A program made the position numbers and the translations under genes. A model generated the notes under the pieces. The model searched no databases, had not been told where the DNA came from, and worked only from the letters and a program-made list of their open reading frames with translations. From the IMG/VR virus record IMGVR_UViG_3300044611_001018: a stretch of DNA of 64,000 nt; one strand, written 5' to 3'. Below are positions 28,147-37,747 of this stretch, in pieces (the first letter of the stretch is position 1; every line of letters begins with the position of its first letter). Source of the stretch: a virus. Taxonomy: Duplodnaviria; Caudoviricetes.

Positions 28147-31100
28147 CCTCTCTTCTTAACTCATCAATTTGTCCCTGCTGCTCCTTGATAGCCTCAATCA
28201 AAACTGCAACCATGTTCTGATATGCAACAGATTTAGTACCATCAGGAGCTTCATATACTAATTCAGGTAGTACTTTCTCAATCTCTTGTGCAATAACACC
28301 AATCTCACGTTCAGGTTGACCAATACGGTTAAAGTAAACACCTCTCAAATCAAGAACTTTATTAAGAGCATTACCAATACCAACAACATTTTCTTTCAGT
28401 TTCTCGTCAGAGTTTGCTGTAACTGTTCCTGAGAATGTTGCATTACCAGCATTGTTGAGTCTGAGTCGTTCTTGTGGTGCAGAAGGACCAGAACCTTGGG
28501 TTCCAAAGATAATAGCAAATTGACCTGAGGTTCCTTCAGATACACCTTTGATGTATCCACGCTCACCATCATTACCAATATCTCTACCTTCAAACTTCAA
28601 TCCACCATAAAAATACGAAGCATTAAGTGCCTGGTCAGTTTGCTGGAATCTCAAATAATTACCATCAATATCACCAGTTGTGTCTGGATTTGTTGTAATT
28701 AAAACGTCATTTCTAAAGGTTGAAATACCAGTTACCCTTAAGGTATTAAGATTAACTTGTTGGTTAAAGGTACTAATACCTGTATTAACTAAGAATCCAT
28801 TGGTAATATTCCAAGTTAGCGATGAGGCTCTAAATTCAACGTTATTTTCAAATAATGTTTGACCAGCAACATAAAGGGAATAACCAGCTTTTGCAGAAGT
28901 AGTCTCAATACCGACATTGGTTGTTGTTGAAATACCAACTCCATCAAATACCCAAACGTCAGATACGTTACTTAATCCAGAACCATCTCCCTTAAATGCT
29001 CCACTCCATAAACCAACATAATAATTATCACCACCAGATTGAATAGGTCCAAACTTTTTCCAATTATTATCATTGGTATAAACCCATCCAATTTCTCCAC
29101 CTGATGGTGGTTCTGCATCATATACAACGTTGCCAACGTTCCCTGCAATTAATGGCGTACCAATGCCTGTGGTATACTCTCTAGCAATAATTTGATCACC
29201 CTGAATAAGCAAACTATTTGCTTCAACAGAATTATTAATTGTTACTTTTTCATTAAATACTGCTGGACCATTAAATTCCGAGATAATATTATTGTCCTTT
29301 CCACCATCAACCTTTAATCCCCTATTAATAGTTAATTGTTCAGTAGAACCAACATCAAATCCAATAGCATCACTATTGCTTGTAAGGTCCTCTCCTCTTA
29401 CTGTTGGAATTGGAGCATTAGTAATTAAATCTTGTCCAGTAGCACCACTTGTAAATTTAGTTACTGTATATGCATTACCCTTATCATCCAATCCATTATA
29501 AAATGGAGTACCACCATTATCAGATACTGATTGTGATAGAATTCTTTCAACACTTCTAAACTGTCTATCTTGTCTCTCTGGTAAAGCAGTTGAATAGTTA
29601 CCAGGTCCAAATCCAAGATATTCAAAAGTGTGTCCAGATGCACGAATAATAGAGTTTCTTCTAAATTCTACTGGTTTAAATCTAACTTTTCTAATAACAG
29701 ACCCAACAACGTGAGTTTGTTTTTGAGTTCCAAATAATCCACGGAAGACATCAATTGCAGTATTAGAAGTAATTGACTCACTAATACGCATAATTTCATT
29801 ATCTAGAACCAGATAATCACCAATATCCCAACCCATATGAGTGGCATTGGTGACAGTCAAAGTATTAATTGTAGGATCAGTTAAAGCAACATTTAAAGTT
29901 GTAGTGATACCAGCGTACTGATAAACAAGTCTTGAAGATGCTGCTTCATCAGCAAAATCAATTGCACTATTTTGAGCACTAAATCCTATTGGATAAACTC
30001 TTCCAGATCCAGATGCAATTGCAGTTGTTGTACCTACTCCAACCTTTACAGCAAAACTACTTACATTATAAACTTCTGTTATTGTAAATTCACCGTTGTA
30101 AATATTCTGGTTGAATCCACCAAATTTAATTCTATTACCAACCAAGAATCCATGAGAATTTGAAGTGATAACACTTGCAATTCCAGTCACATTATTATAA
30201 TTTAACGAAGAGATTCCAACAGACTCACCAGTGACGTAGGCAGTAACGTCAGAAAGAACAGTAGCATTAACGTTACTCAGTCCATTAGTGTTAATACCAG
30301 TAATTGGTTGTGGACCAAGGAATTGATCTCTAGCATAAACTGTTGACGCAGATGATACTCTAACATTTTGATCATCACCAGTTGCAATACTCTCAATTTT
30401 ATAAACATTATTGTAATCAGTAAAACGACTGTCACGAATACCATCAATTTTAATTACATCACCAACGCTATTATGAATATTTAAAACTGTTACATAACCA
30501 GGAACCCATCCAGTAGTAGTTCCTACACCAACAACTGCTAATGTATTACCAATTCCAAAAGCAGAACCACCGTCTACAATTTTAATTCCAGTAATCGCAC
30601 CTGCAGAATCAATTTCAATGTTTGCAGTAGCATATTTTCCAGTTGTAGAACCAGCAAATCCTACCAGTCTTGCATTATACAACGTTTGAATGCTTCCAGA
30701 TCCATCACCATAATTTACACCAGCACTAGTAATTCCAACTCTAGTAATATAATTTAATCCATGATCTTTTTGAGTTGTAAGTGTGTGAGATATTCCAGAA
30801 CTTGAATGTATCTCAACAATTCCAAATCCAACAACAAAATCACGAATATTCTTATTAATAACCTCTTTTGTAATACTATTCTGTGGGTTATTAATCTCAG
30901 TTAGTCCAAGTGGTGTTGGTAGAGCAAACGTTCTAGTCTGATCTGGATCGGAATCTGGATTATCTCTATCAAGTTGTGGGTATAAATTTTTAACTGGTTG
31001 AGAGAATCTAAGATTTTGGAATGGAGATACTTGAGGTGAAGATGATGAATCAAGAATAGTTAAATGATAAACTCCATCTTTTGCATTTGGAACATATTCC

Positions 31101-33952
31101 TGGACTGCTTCCTTTCTATAAATGTAGAACGTATTACTAAATTCTTTTCTCTCATATCTGGGCAGATTTGTTGTTCTCTGATTAATATTATTAGAGAATG
31201 TTCCTGGATTGGTAGTAATACCAACTGTAAATTCTCTCCGTGTAGGACTTGATACAACAGTATAAACGCCATTAAATCCAGTATTTCCTAATCCACTTGT
31301 GTTTGCTGTTGATACAATGTTAAAAACTTGAACTTTAGAACCAACAGACAGTTCATGTGGTGTATCTGTCGTAAACGTCGCTAATCCAACAATTCCGTCC
31401 CAGGTAGCACCCGAAATAAATCTAGGATTTCTTAATTCTGAAGTATTAGATAGGACAGCTGGCGCAATACTTTTAAACTTAGCAACCTCTGCATTAGTAA
31501 ATCCAGTTGTATTGCTGGACTCCTGCATAATAAATGCATCTTCTGGAGGTCTACCAAGAACACTTGAATCTCTTGGAATTACATACCTTACTTTGTAAAT
31601 TCGATCTTCAAGAGCTCTATTATCAGGAGTTCTAGTAATAAATGTTTTTGGAGTTGCCCTACCAAGGGATGCTGTTCCAAGACCAACAATCGTACTATAA
31701 ATTGAGTTATTAGTAGAACTTACCGTAATAAACCATTGACCAATAGCACTATCATATTGTATTGGGTGCCCAACGTCACCAGACTTTTTATCAGATACTC
31801 TAGATTCAATCTGAAGAATACCACCTTTACTATTAACAGTGATAGCAGACAAACTTACAGTGTCATTAAATGTTTGTGCTAATTTAATCTGATCACTATT
31901 AATTCCAGCAGTAATTGCATAATAAAGTTGATTGTGCCTCAAACCATCAGGAAGTTCACCATCATCACTTAAAATACGTACAGATTCACCATTAATAAAT
32001 TGGTGAGGTTGAGTTGCTGTAAAGATATTAGAGGTAATACTATTAATACCAATTGCTGTTCTACCTACAGTAGATAATTTTGTAGCAGATACCTCATAAT
32101 TACCAGTTCCCTGTGTCTCTGGCATTACAATTACAGATTCTTTGGTAACACCAATGTTACCAATATTAATAACAACTTTTAATTTGTCCTGATTTTTCGC
32201 ACCAATTCGATATCCTTCTAATACTGATTTTGGTGGTATATTTCTATTGGTCTCATTATAAAGATAAAGTCTAGAAGTATTACCTACAGAAATTGTTTTC
32301 TCAACGTCAATAGGAGCAAATTCAATAGTTATTTCATTATTATCAACTCTTTGTGGTGGTAAAATATGGGTAATATATCCAGTATCATCTCTTGGGAAAG
32401 CGTCATTTCTGAATCCTCTACAAACAATTGCCTTTGCACCAAAGTTTGAGTTGGAGTTTGTAATCGAATGGTCTCCACCAGATTCTGCAACAAAGTGATT
32501 TGCATATCCAATAGCAAACACAGAAACTAGTTGAAGGAATGCATCATTTGATGCTTTAATATGGAAGTTTTCGTATGCTGGTTTATATACTGCAGAAGAA
32601 TTGGTATGAAGGTTTGAAACAGCAGTAGAATCTTCATAAACACCAGATACTGCATTATATTTTACAAATGCATTATCGTCTTTCTGTAGTCCAATACCAG
32701 TGAACTGAGCAACCACCATGGATTTAAATCCATCAGCTTTGCTACCATCCGCATGAAGTCCACACATTCCATAAACGGAACGTAAAGAACAATTGAAGAT
32801 ATATGGAGATGCAGAAGTAACACTGTCAACTACAATATTAAGAGTTGGAGCACCTGATACAATAGCAGGAAGAGGATTTACAGGTGCTGTAGAAACCTCA
32901 TAAGTAACCCGAGTTGTAGATTCTACAGTTTTTACAACATAAGAACCATTGTATCCACCACTAGGAATACCTTCAATTCTAATCGGAGTATCTACATCCA
33001 ATCCATCAACAGATTCAACAAGATCTACTGTAATTTTCTTACTGGAAGTTACACCATCACCTGCTCTGATACTAGAAATTCCAATATTTTGACCTTTAGA
33101 ACCAACAATTCGGAATTCATCAATTTTTGATTGAACATCAATTGCAGCACTTGGATAATCAGGTGAAATAGATCTTCCACTAGAAGGACCATATACTAAA
33201 CCGATTTTTTCATAATAAATGTCAAGGTCGGTTCTAGTCGTATTGTAATTTAAATAAGTATCATTAAATTTTACAGGATTTACACCATCCGCATATTCAA
33301 AACAAGTTAGTTTATGGTGAGAGAAGTTGGGAACAAACTTTGATGTGCCATAATCTTTATATACATTTGAGTTTGGATCCGCATCAAAAAATGTAAACTG
33401 ATAAAAATAACAAGTACCAGTTACTCGAAATAAACAAGTTGAATCAACTGTATTGTCTTGAGGACTTGGAACAAACCTTGGACGAATCTTTGTTTTACGA
33501 AGATCCATACCAACGATTGATGTGCCACGAGGAATGATAACTCCACCATAAACGGAGTTCATTTTATAAAGATCATTCTCTGGAGAATCAATGTCAAAAT
33601 CAGAATTTAAAGTAAATTCTGTGAGGTCATTAGAAGATGCACCACTTCTAGTTAACCAATTATTACCAGAAATAGGAGCGTCATGTACAGGAATCCATCC
33701 TGGTCTATTGTCGATTACATGTTCGCCAGGATAAACAATGATAGTTGTTCTACTAAATCTATCATTATCAAATCCTTTTTGATATGAGAATCTTGCTGCC
33801 TCAATCAGTGCCCTTTGAATTGTTTTAAAAGGTCTAACTAATGAGTTACCTTGGTTTTCAATACTATCTGTAGAGTCTATACTGGAAGGATCGACGTATA
33901 GAATATCGCCTCTACTATTTTTCAGAAAATTATCTAAGCGACTAAGACCCAT
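28124..33952 (-). CDS. Large virion fibre/structural protein, 1942 aa, with C-terminal S74 intramolecular chaperone
   Basis: Cyanophage-type N-terminus (MGLSRLDNFLKN...RPFKTIQRAL), beta-rich Gly/Ser/Thr body, SDEKLKEN...IGVIAQEIEKVLPELV, terminal coiled coil. Confidence 0.88.
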   Translation of the reverse strand: MGLSRLDNFLKNSRGDILYVDPSSIDSTDSIENQGNSLVRPFKTIQRALIEAARFSYQKGFDNDRFSRTTIIVYPGEHVIDNRPGWIPVHDAPISGNNWLTRSGASSNDLTEFTLNSDFDIDSPENDLYKMNSVYGGVIIPRGTSIVGMDLRKTKIRPRFVPSPQDNTVDSTCLFRVTGTCYFYQFTFFDADPNSNVYKDYGTSKFVPNFSHHKLTCFEYADGVNPVKFNDTYLNYNTTRTDLDIYYEKIGLVYGPSSGRSISPDYPSAAIDVQSKIDEFRIVGSKGQNIGISSIRAGDGVTSSKKITVDLVESVDGLDVDTPIRIEGIPSGGYNGSYVVKTVESTTRVTYEVSTAPVNPLPAIVSGAPTLNIVVDSVTSASPYIFNCSLRSVYGMCGLHADGSKADGFKSMVVAQFTGIGLQKDDNAFVKYNAVSGVYEDSTAVSNLHTNSSAVYKPAYENFHIKASNDAFLQLVSVFAIGYANHFVAESGGDHSITNSNSNFGAKAIVCRGFRNDAFPRDDTGYITHILPPQRVDNNEITIEFAPIDVEKTISVGNTSRLYLYNETNRNIPPKSVLEGYRIGAKNQDKLKVVINIGNIGVTKESVIVMPETQGTGNYEVSATKLSTVGRTAIGINSITSNIFTATQPHQFINGESVRILSDDGELPDGLRHNQLYYAITAGINSDQIKLAQTFNDTVSLSAITVNSKGGILQIESRVSDKKSGDVGHPIQYDSAIGQWFITVSSTNNSIYSTIVGLGTASLGRATPKTFITRTPDNRALEDRIYKVRYVIPRDSSVLGRPPEDAFIMQESSNTTGFTNAEVAKFKSIAPAVLSNTSELRNPRFISGATWDGIVGLATFTTDTPHELSVGSKVQVFNIVSTANTSGLGNTGFNGVYTVVSSPTRREFTVGITTNPGTFSNNINQRTTNLPRYERKEFSNTFYIYRKEAVQEYVPNAKDGVYHLTILDSSSSPQVSPFQNLRFSQPVKNLYPQLDRDNPDSDPDQTRTFALPTPLGLTEINNPQNSITKEVINKNIRDFVVGFGIVEIHSSSGISHTLTTQKDHGLNYITRVGITSAGVNYGDGSGSIQTLYNARLVGFAGSTTGKYATANIEIDSAGAITGIKIVDGGSAFGIGNTLAVVGVGTTTGWVPGYVTVLNIHNSVGDVIKIDGIRDSRFTDYNNVYKIESIATGDDQNVRVSSASTVYARDQFLGPQPITGINTNGLSNVNATVLSDVTAYVTGESVGISSLNYNNVTGIASVITSNSHGFLVGNRIKFGGFNQNIYNGEFTITEVYNVSSFAVKVGVGTTTAIASGSGRVYPIGFSAQNSAIDFADEAASSRLVYQYAGITTTLNVALTDPTINTLTVTNATHMGWDIGDYLVLDNEIMRISESITSNTAIDVFRGLFGTQKQTHVVGSVIRKVRFKPVEFRRNSIIRASGHTFEYLGFGPGNYSTALPERQDRQFRSVERILSQSVSDNGGTPFYNGLDDKGNAYTVTKFTSGATGQDLITNAPIPTVRGEDLTSNSDAIGFDVGSTEQLTINRGLKVDGGKDNNIISEFNGPAVFNEKVTINNSVEANSLLIQGDQIIAREYTTGIGTPLIAGNVGNVVYDAEPPSGGEIGWVYTNDNNWKKFGPIQSGGDNYYVGLWSGAFKGDGSGLSNVSDVWVFDGVGISTTTNVGIETTSAKAGYSLYVAGQTLFENNVEFRASSLTWNITNGFLVNTGISTFNQQVNLNTLRVTGISTFRNDVLITTNPDTTGDIDGNYLRFQQTDQALNASYFYGGLKFEGRDIGNDGERGYIKGVSEGTSGQFAIIFGTQGSGPSAPQERLRLNNAGNATFSGTVTANSDEKLKENVVGIGNALNKVLDLRGVYFNRIGQPEREIGVIAQEIEKVLPELVYEAPDGTKSVAYQNMVAVLIEAIKEQQGQIDELRREVDKLKNT

Positions 33953-33981
33953 TTTATTACTCTAGGATGGCTACTATGATT

Positions 33982-33987
33982 TATTTA
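33982..33987 (-). promoter_or_regulatory. Late-type promoter TAAATA for the fibre gene, within an 8-bp inverted repeat (33972..33996)
   Basis: TACTATGA-ATAAATAAA-TCATAGTA. Confidence 0.55.
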
Positions 33988-34016
33988 TTCATAGTAAAAA
34001 CCATAAACAGAGGGTA

Positions 34017-34178
34017 TTATTTTGCTAACATATACTCAACAGTATTTGCAACATCGTTCATAGCATCACGTAAATCAGGTCTTTGACCAGATTCTTGTCT
34101 TAAAATAGGTCGGGAATCATCAACAAGGGTCCAACGCCATTGACCCATTTCTTTGCAGTGCCAAAGATTAATTTTCAT
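34017..34178 (-). CDS. Small hypothetical protein, 53 aa (not in ORF track)
   Basis: MKINLWHCKEMGQWRWTLVDD...AMNDVANTVEYMLAK; overlaps the upstream stop. Confidence 0.65.
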   Translation of the reverse strand: MKINLWHCKEMGQWRWTLVDDSRPILRQESGQRPDLRDAMNDVANTVEYMLAK

Positions 34179-35274
34179 ATGCAGGATTACTCCAATCGTT
34201 AGTAAAAGATCTAAGATATTCTATTTTTTCTAACATTTCTTGACTATCAAGAACAAATTCTTCATTAGCAAAATGAAGTTTGCAGTTGTGTTCTAATGCA
34301 AGATTCATTATATATGTTCTTCTGGATTTGTCATCAGGTAAAGAAAAAATACTAAACAAAATGATATGATCTAAATTTGTATGTTTTATAGAATACTCTA
34401 AAAATGAGTGATTTCTTCCTTCATTATCTCCAGTTTGATGTGGAAATTTATAACCCATCCTAGAACAATACTCCCTAACAGTTAATGTCTGAAAGTATAA
34501 ATCAATATGTTTGGTTTTAAATCCTTCATATTCTGCATAGGTTACCACATTTTCATGTGGTAAAATTTCAATCTTGCGAGACTGAATATCTGTATCATGC
34601 AATCTTCTAAAGTATGCCCCTGGCCATTTTCGATGAGGTTGTCCATCTCTTAGTAATAATCTTACATCAATACTCATTCTAGTTTTTCCAGTTCTATTTG
34701 GTACTCCACCATGAATATTTTCTTGAGTAAAAAGTAAAAATGTTCCAGGAGACATATTTACTGGATAACATTCTTGAGTACAAACCTCTTCTAGTTTTTC
34801 ATGAGACCATTTTTCTTTCTCAGACATACGAGTAATTTCTCTACTCTTATCAATTCCAATAATTTGGAGTGAATTTGTATCAAAAGTTTCTGTAAAAGGT
34901 AACCAAACAGTTCTTAATCCGAGACCATTACCAACCCATCTACCTTGATGGAATGGAAGAACAGTCCCATTCTTATCTTGATTGGGAATTGTTGCCCTAA
35001 TATTACCAAATTTTTGTATAAGAATATCAGTATTTAACTGCGGAACAACATATTCTTCTACCATCCTATCAAATAAAATATAAAAATCAGTATCAACAAG
35101 ATCTTTAGTTAAATGTTTTACTAGTTCTCCAATAGAATTTGAAGATACATGTTCATGGAGATATTGAAGATCTTTTACTTCTGGGTAATATTTTTGAACT
35201 AGAGATAACAAAATATCCCCAAAAGGATATTTGTTCATATCATATTGATTGTGAGTAGCGTCAAATATAAGCAT
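34168..35274 (-). CDS. StrG/PhyH-like 2OG-Fe(II) oxygenase-fold domain with HxG site, fused to a C-terminal flavodoxin/resolvase-like domain
   Basis: PFHQG (H109, G111), TVWLPF, NIHGG (H188), R199-x-S. C-domain QTLTVREYC...IILFSIFSLP...CKLHFANE. Confidence 0.7.
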   Translation of the reverse strand: MLIFDATHNQYDMNKYPFGDILLSLVQKYYPEVKDLQYLHEHVSSNSIGELVKHLTKDLVDTDFYILFDRMVEEYVVPQLNTDILIQKFGNIRATIPNQDKNGTVLPFHQGRWVGNGLGLRTVWLPFTETFDTNSLQIIGIDKSREITRMSEKEKWSHEKLEEVCTQECYPVNMSPGTFLLFTQENIHGGVPNRTGKTRMSIDVRLLLRDGQPHRKWPGAYFRRLHDTDIQSRKIEILPHENVVTYAEYEGFKTKHIDLYFQTLTVREYCSRMGYKFPHQTGDNEGRNHSFLEYSIKHTNLDHIILFSIFSLPDDKSRRTYIMNLALEHNCKLHFANEEFVLDSQEMLEKIEYLRSFTNDWSNPAYEN

Positions 35275-35290
35275 ATCTATTCTTAGTCTA

Positions 35291-35362
35291 AGCCCCCGAC
35301 TGGATTTGAACCAGCGACCAACGGTTTACAAAACCGTTGCTCTACCACTGAGCTACAAGGGC
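35291..35362 (-). tRNA. trnT: tRNA-Thr(UGU)
   Basis: GCCCTTGTAGCTCAGTGGTAGAGC...TT-TGT-AA...GGTTCAAATCC...GGGGGCT; CCA not encoded. Confidence 0.95.
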
Positions 35363-35363
35363 A

Positions 35364-35651
35364 TTAATAATCATCTAGTTCTGCTAAAACCTCAGGATTT
35401 TCTAAATCCATTTCAAAAAAACACGGATGTGCTTCTTCCATTATTAAGTATGCAGAAGCTCTGAATAAATCTTCTGCAGTATATGTAAGGTTATTATTAG
35501 CTTCAATAATAGTAGATGGGTCTGCTTCTTCCTCTTCGGTTAAATCATCCCAAGTGAACGGTATAGAATTAACAAAGTACATCATAACAACGTTCTTTAT
35601 ATTTATTTCTGGAGAATGCCAGCAATAAGCTTTGGTGATTCTAAGCTTCAT
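35364..35651 (-). CDS. Hypothetical protein between tRNAs
   Basis: 95-aa ORF preceded by TAAATA (35671..35676). Confidence 0.6.
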   Translation of the reverse strand: MKLRITKAYCWHSPEINIKNVVMMYFVNSIPFTWDDLTEEEEADPSTIIEANNNLTYTAEDLFRASAYLIMEEAHPCFFEMDLENPEVLAELDDY

Positions 35652-35726
35652 TCTCTACACCGTTTCTTTATATTTAGTTTAAGGAAGGCGGAGAGTTATA
35701 CTCAATCCCTTTAATATTCCTTCCAG

Positions 35727-35809
35727 TAGGAGCGGGGGGACTTGAACCCCCACAGGCAATGCCCGACAGATTTTAAGTCTGGTGTGTCTACCGATTCCAC
35801 CACGCTCCC
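35727..35809 (-). tRNA. trnL: tRNA-Leu(UAA)
   Basis: GGGAGCGTGGTGGAATCGGTAGACAC...CT-TAA-AA, long variable arm, GGTTCAAGTCC; no intron. Confidence 0.95.
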
Positions 35810-35817
35810 ATAAGAAC

Positions 35818-36021
35818 TTACACCTTGTAAGTGGGTGGATGATACTTCAAATATTCCCTAAAAGTCATTTTCATTTCTTTTTGGGTCATACCACAGTGTT
35901 TTGCTGCAGCAGGAAGTGTCATCGTACAATTGAAGAGACCTTTGTTTGCTTCCTTGACATTCTCTGGAGTTGTCTTTACAGGCATTTCAAATAGGTCAAT
36001 ATAAAGTGGTTTTGTTTTCAT
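35818..36021 (-). CDS. Small hypothetical protein (possible helix-turn-helix)
   Basis: TLPAAAKHCGMTQKEMKMTF. Confidence 0.55.
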   Translation of the reverse strand: MKTKPLYIDLFEMPVKTTPENVKEANKGLFNCTMTLPAAAKHCGMTQKEMKMTFREYLKYHPPTYKV

Positions 36022-36055
36022 AAGTATTAAGTTTGTAAATCCCCAATTAAGGGGA

Positions 36056-36126
36056 AGCGAATGACGGGGATCGAACCCGTGACACCAACTTGGAAGGATG
36101 GGATGTTACCGCTACACCACATTCGC
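36056..36126 (-). tRNA. trnG: tRNA-Gly(UCC)
   Basis: GCGAATGTGGTGTAGCGGTAAC...CT-TCC-AA...GGTTCGATCCC...ATTCGCT. Confidence 0.95.
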
Positions 36127-36188
36127 AGATGTAATCATTAAGAGATCTAAACTGAGATTTGGGCGACCCCTCAACTGATTACCCTTAT

Positions 36189-36217
36189 ATTATAGGGCAT
36201 TGGTTCTGAGGTGTCAA
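36189..36217 (-). promoter_or_regulatory. Consensus sigma70 promoter driving the tRNA cluster
   Basis: TTGACA-N17-TATAAT, perfect match. Confidence 0.85.
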
Positions 36218-36223
36218 CCCCCC

Positions 36224-36976
36224 CTACCAAGGTCCACCGTATGCTGGATCATTGGCATAACCAAGAGCCTCATTGAGTTCGGTTAATCTTTCAATATTTT
36301 CTTGCAGTTGCCTGTTAAGACCCCAAACTTGCAATTCATATTCTCCTTTTATCTTTTGTGTTGCTGTAGCAATACTATTCTGAGAAGACACTGTACCAAT
36401 TCCAGAATTATATTGAGATATAAGAGAACTTACATCTACTGCAGGACCAATAATATCAAACACCTTTCCTAACTCAGATCCACCATTTTGAAATAGTCTT
36501 GTGCTTACACCAAGTCCAACATTAGAAGATGTAACAGTGACATATCCCTCTCCATTAAATGGATAGTCGGACCCATAATTTCCTCCAGAAATTTTTGGGT
36601 AATCATAAGATTTAAGAACATCTGCTGTAATTGTCCCATATGCAATAATTACAGACCCCAATCCAACAATACCTAAAGATGAAGCAGTAGCAGTTCCTAC
36701 TCCAGATACAACACTTCCATATTGAGAGCTAATATTTGCCGTACTAGAACCATATCTTGTCGTTAATAAACCAGTATTCCCACCAATAGCAACAATTTGG
36801 ACTTTAATTGCATTTGCAGCATTTACAGTATTTAAACTTTGCTGAGCAGCATTTGCAGATGGTCCATTAAAAGCATCTCTTAAAGAAGAGGCAATAGAAA
36901 TTCTTTGTGGCAATATTTGATTTTGCCTTAAAAGAGTTTCCTTATCTTCTTGTAATTTAGTTACAACAATTCCCAT
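36224..36976 (-). CDS. Probable virion structural protein
   Basis: Gly/Ser/Ala-rich with coiled-coil ends; TAAATA at 36999..37004. Confidence 0.55.
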   Translation of the reverse strand: MGIVVTKLQEDKETLLRQNQILPQRISIASSLRDAFNGPSANAAQQSLNTVNAANAIKVQIVAIGGNTGLLTTRYGSSTANISSQYGSVVSGVGTATASSLGIVGLGSVIIAYGTITADVLKSYDYPKISGGNYGSDYPFNGEGYVTVTSSNVGLGVSTRLFQNGGSELGKVFDIIGPAVDVSSLISQYNSGIGTVSSQNSIATATQKIKGEYELQVWGLNRQLQENIERLTELNEALGYANDPAYGGPW

Positions 36977-37006
36977 AAATCATTATATGTATTTTCTATA
37001 TTTATT

Positions 37007-37747
37007 GTGAAAGTTGCTCTATTATTAACTGGATATATGAGGAATTGGGAGAACCACTTCCAAAACATAAAAACCAATATTATTGACAAATATTCAACTG
37101 ATGTATACATCAGTTCTTACAGTTATTCTGAACTTTACATGGGTTCTGATATAGTTCAGATAGATGTAGATGACATAATAAAGAAATATAATCCAAAAAA
37201 TTATTTGTTTAGAGATAAAGAAACTCTTCCAGAATTTAAATTCAAATCAAATGGATTAGAGATAAATGGAAGAGAATGGTCATATAGAATATTAAGACAA
37301 TGGTATACAAATTATCTGGGATTACGAATATTTGATCCTAGAGAATATAATATTGTAATTAAATGCAGAGCAGACTTCTCTATAAAAAACTTTCACCTTC
37401 AAACAAATAAAGACTTGGTTTTGCCTGTGTGGAAGGTTCATCCAGGTCCATGCAATCCAGAAGATTCATATGTGGATTACTTTGCACATGGAAATGGATA
37501 TTGGATGAAAAAATATCTTAAATTGTATGAAAAAACAAAAGAGATGCATGATAATGATTGGGGTGATGTCTCCTTGGGAGAAACCCTAATCAAATCATAC
37601 ATCGATAGGTATATTGGTTCTGAACATATCACATTAGATTATGATATGGATTGGAAGATGAGAGATGAACCTTGGATGTCTGAGGTCCAGAACATTTATA
37701 AAAAACACGACCCTCTCAAAGTTGTAACCATTGAGAAGGATGTGTAG
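37007..37747 (+). CDS. Putative glycosyltransferase-like (GT-A-type) protein
   Basis: KVALLLTGYMR...YNIVIKCRADF...DYFAHG...GETLI pattern; isolated plus-strand gene, GTG start. Confidence 0.5.
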   Translation: MKVALLLTGYMRNWENHFQNIKTNIIDKYSTDVYISSYSYSELYMGSDIVQIDVDDIIKKYNPKNYLFRDKETLPEFKFKSNGLEINGREWSYRILRQWYTNYLGLRIFDPREYNIVIKCRADFSIKNFHLQTNKDLVLPVWKVHPGPCNPEDSYVDYFAHGNGYWMKKYLKLYEKTKEMHDNDWGDVSLGETLIKSYIDRYIGSEHITLDYDMDWKMRDEPWMSEVQNIYKKHDPLKVVTIEKDV

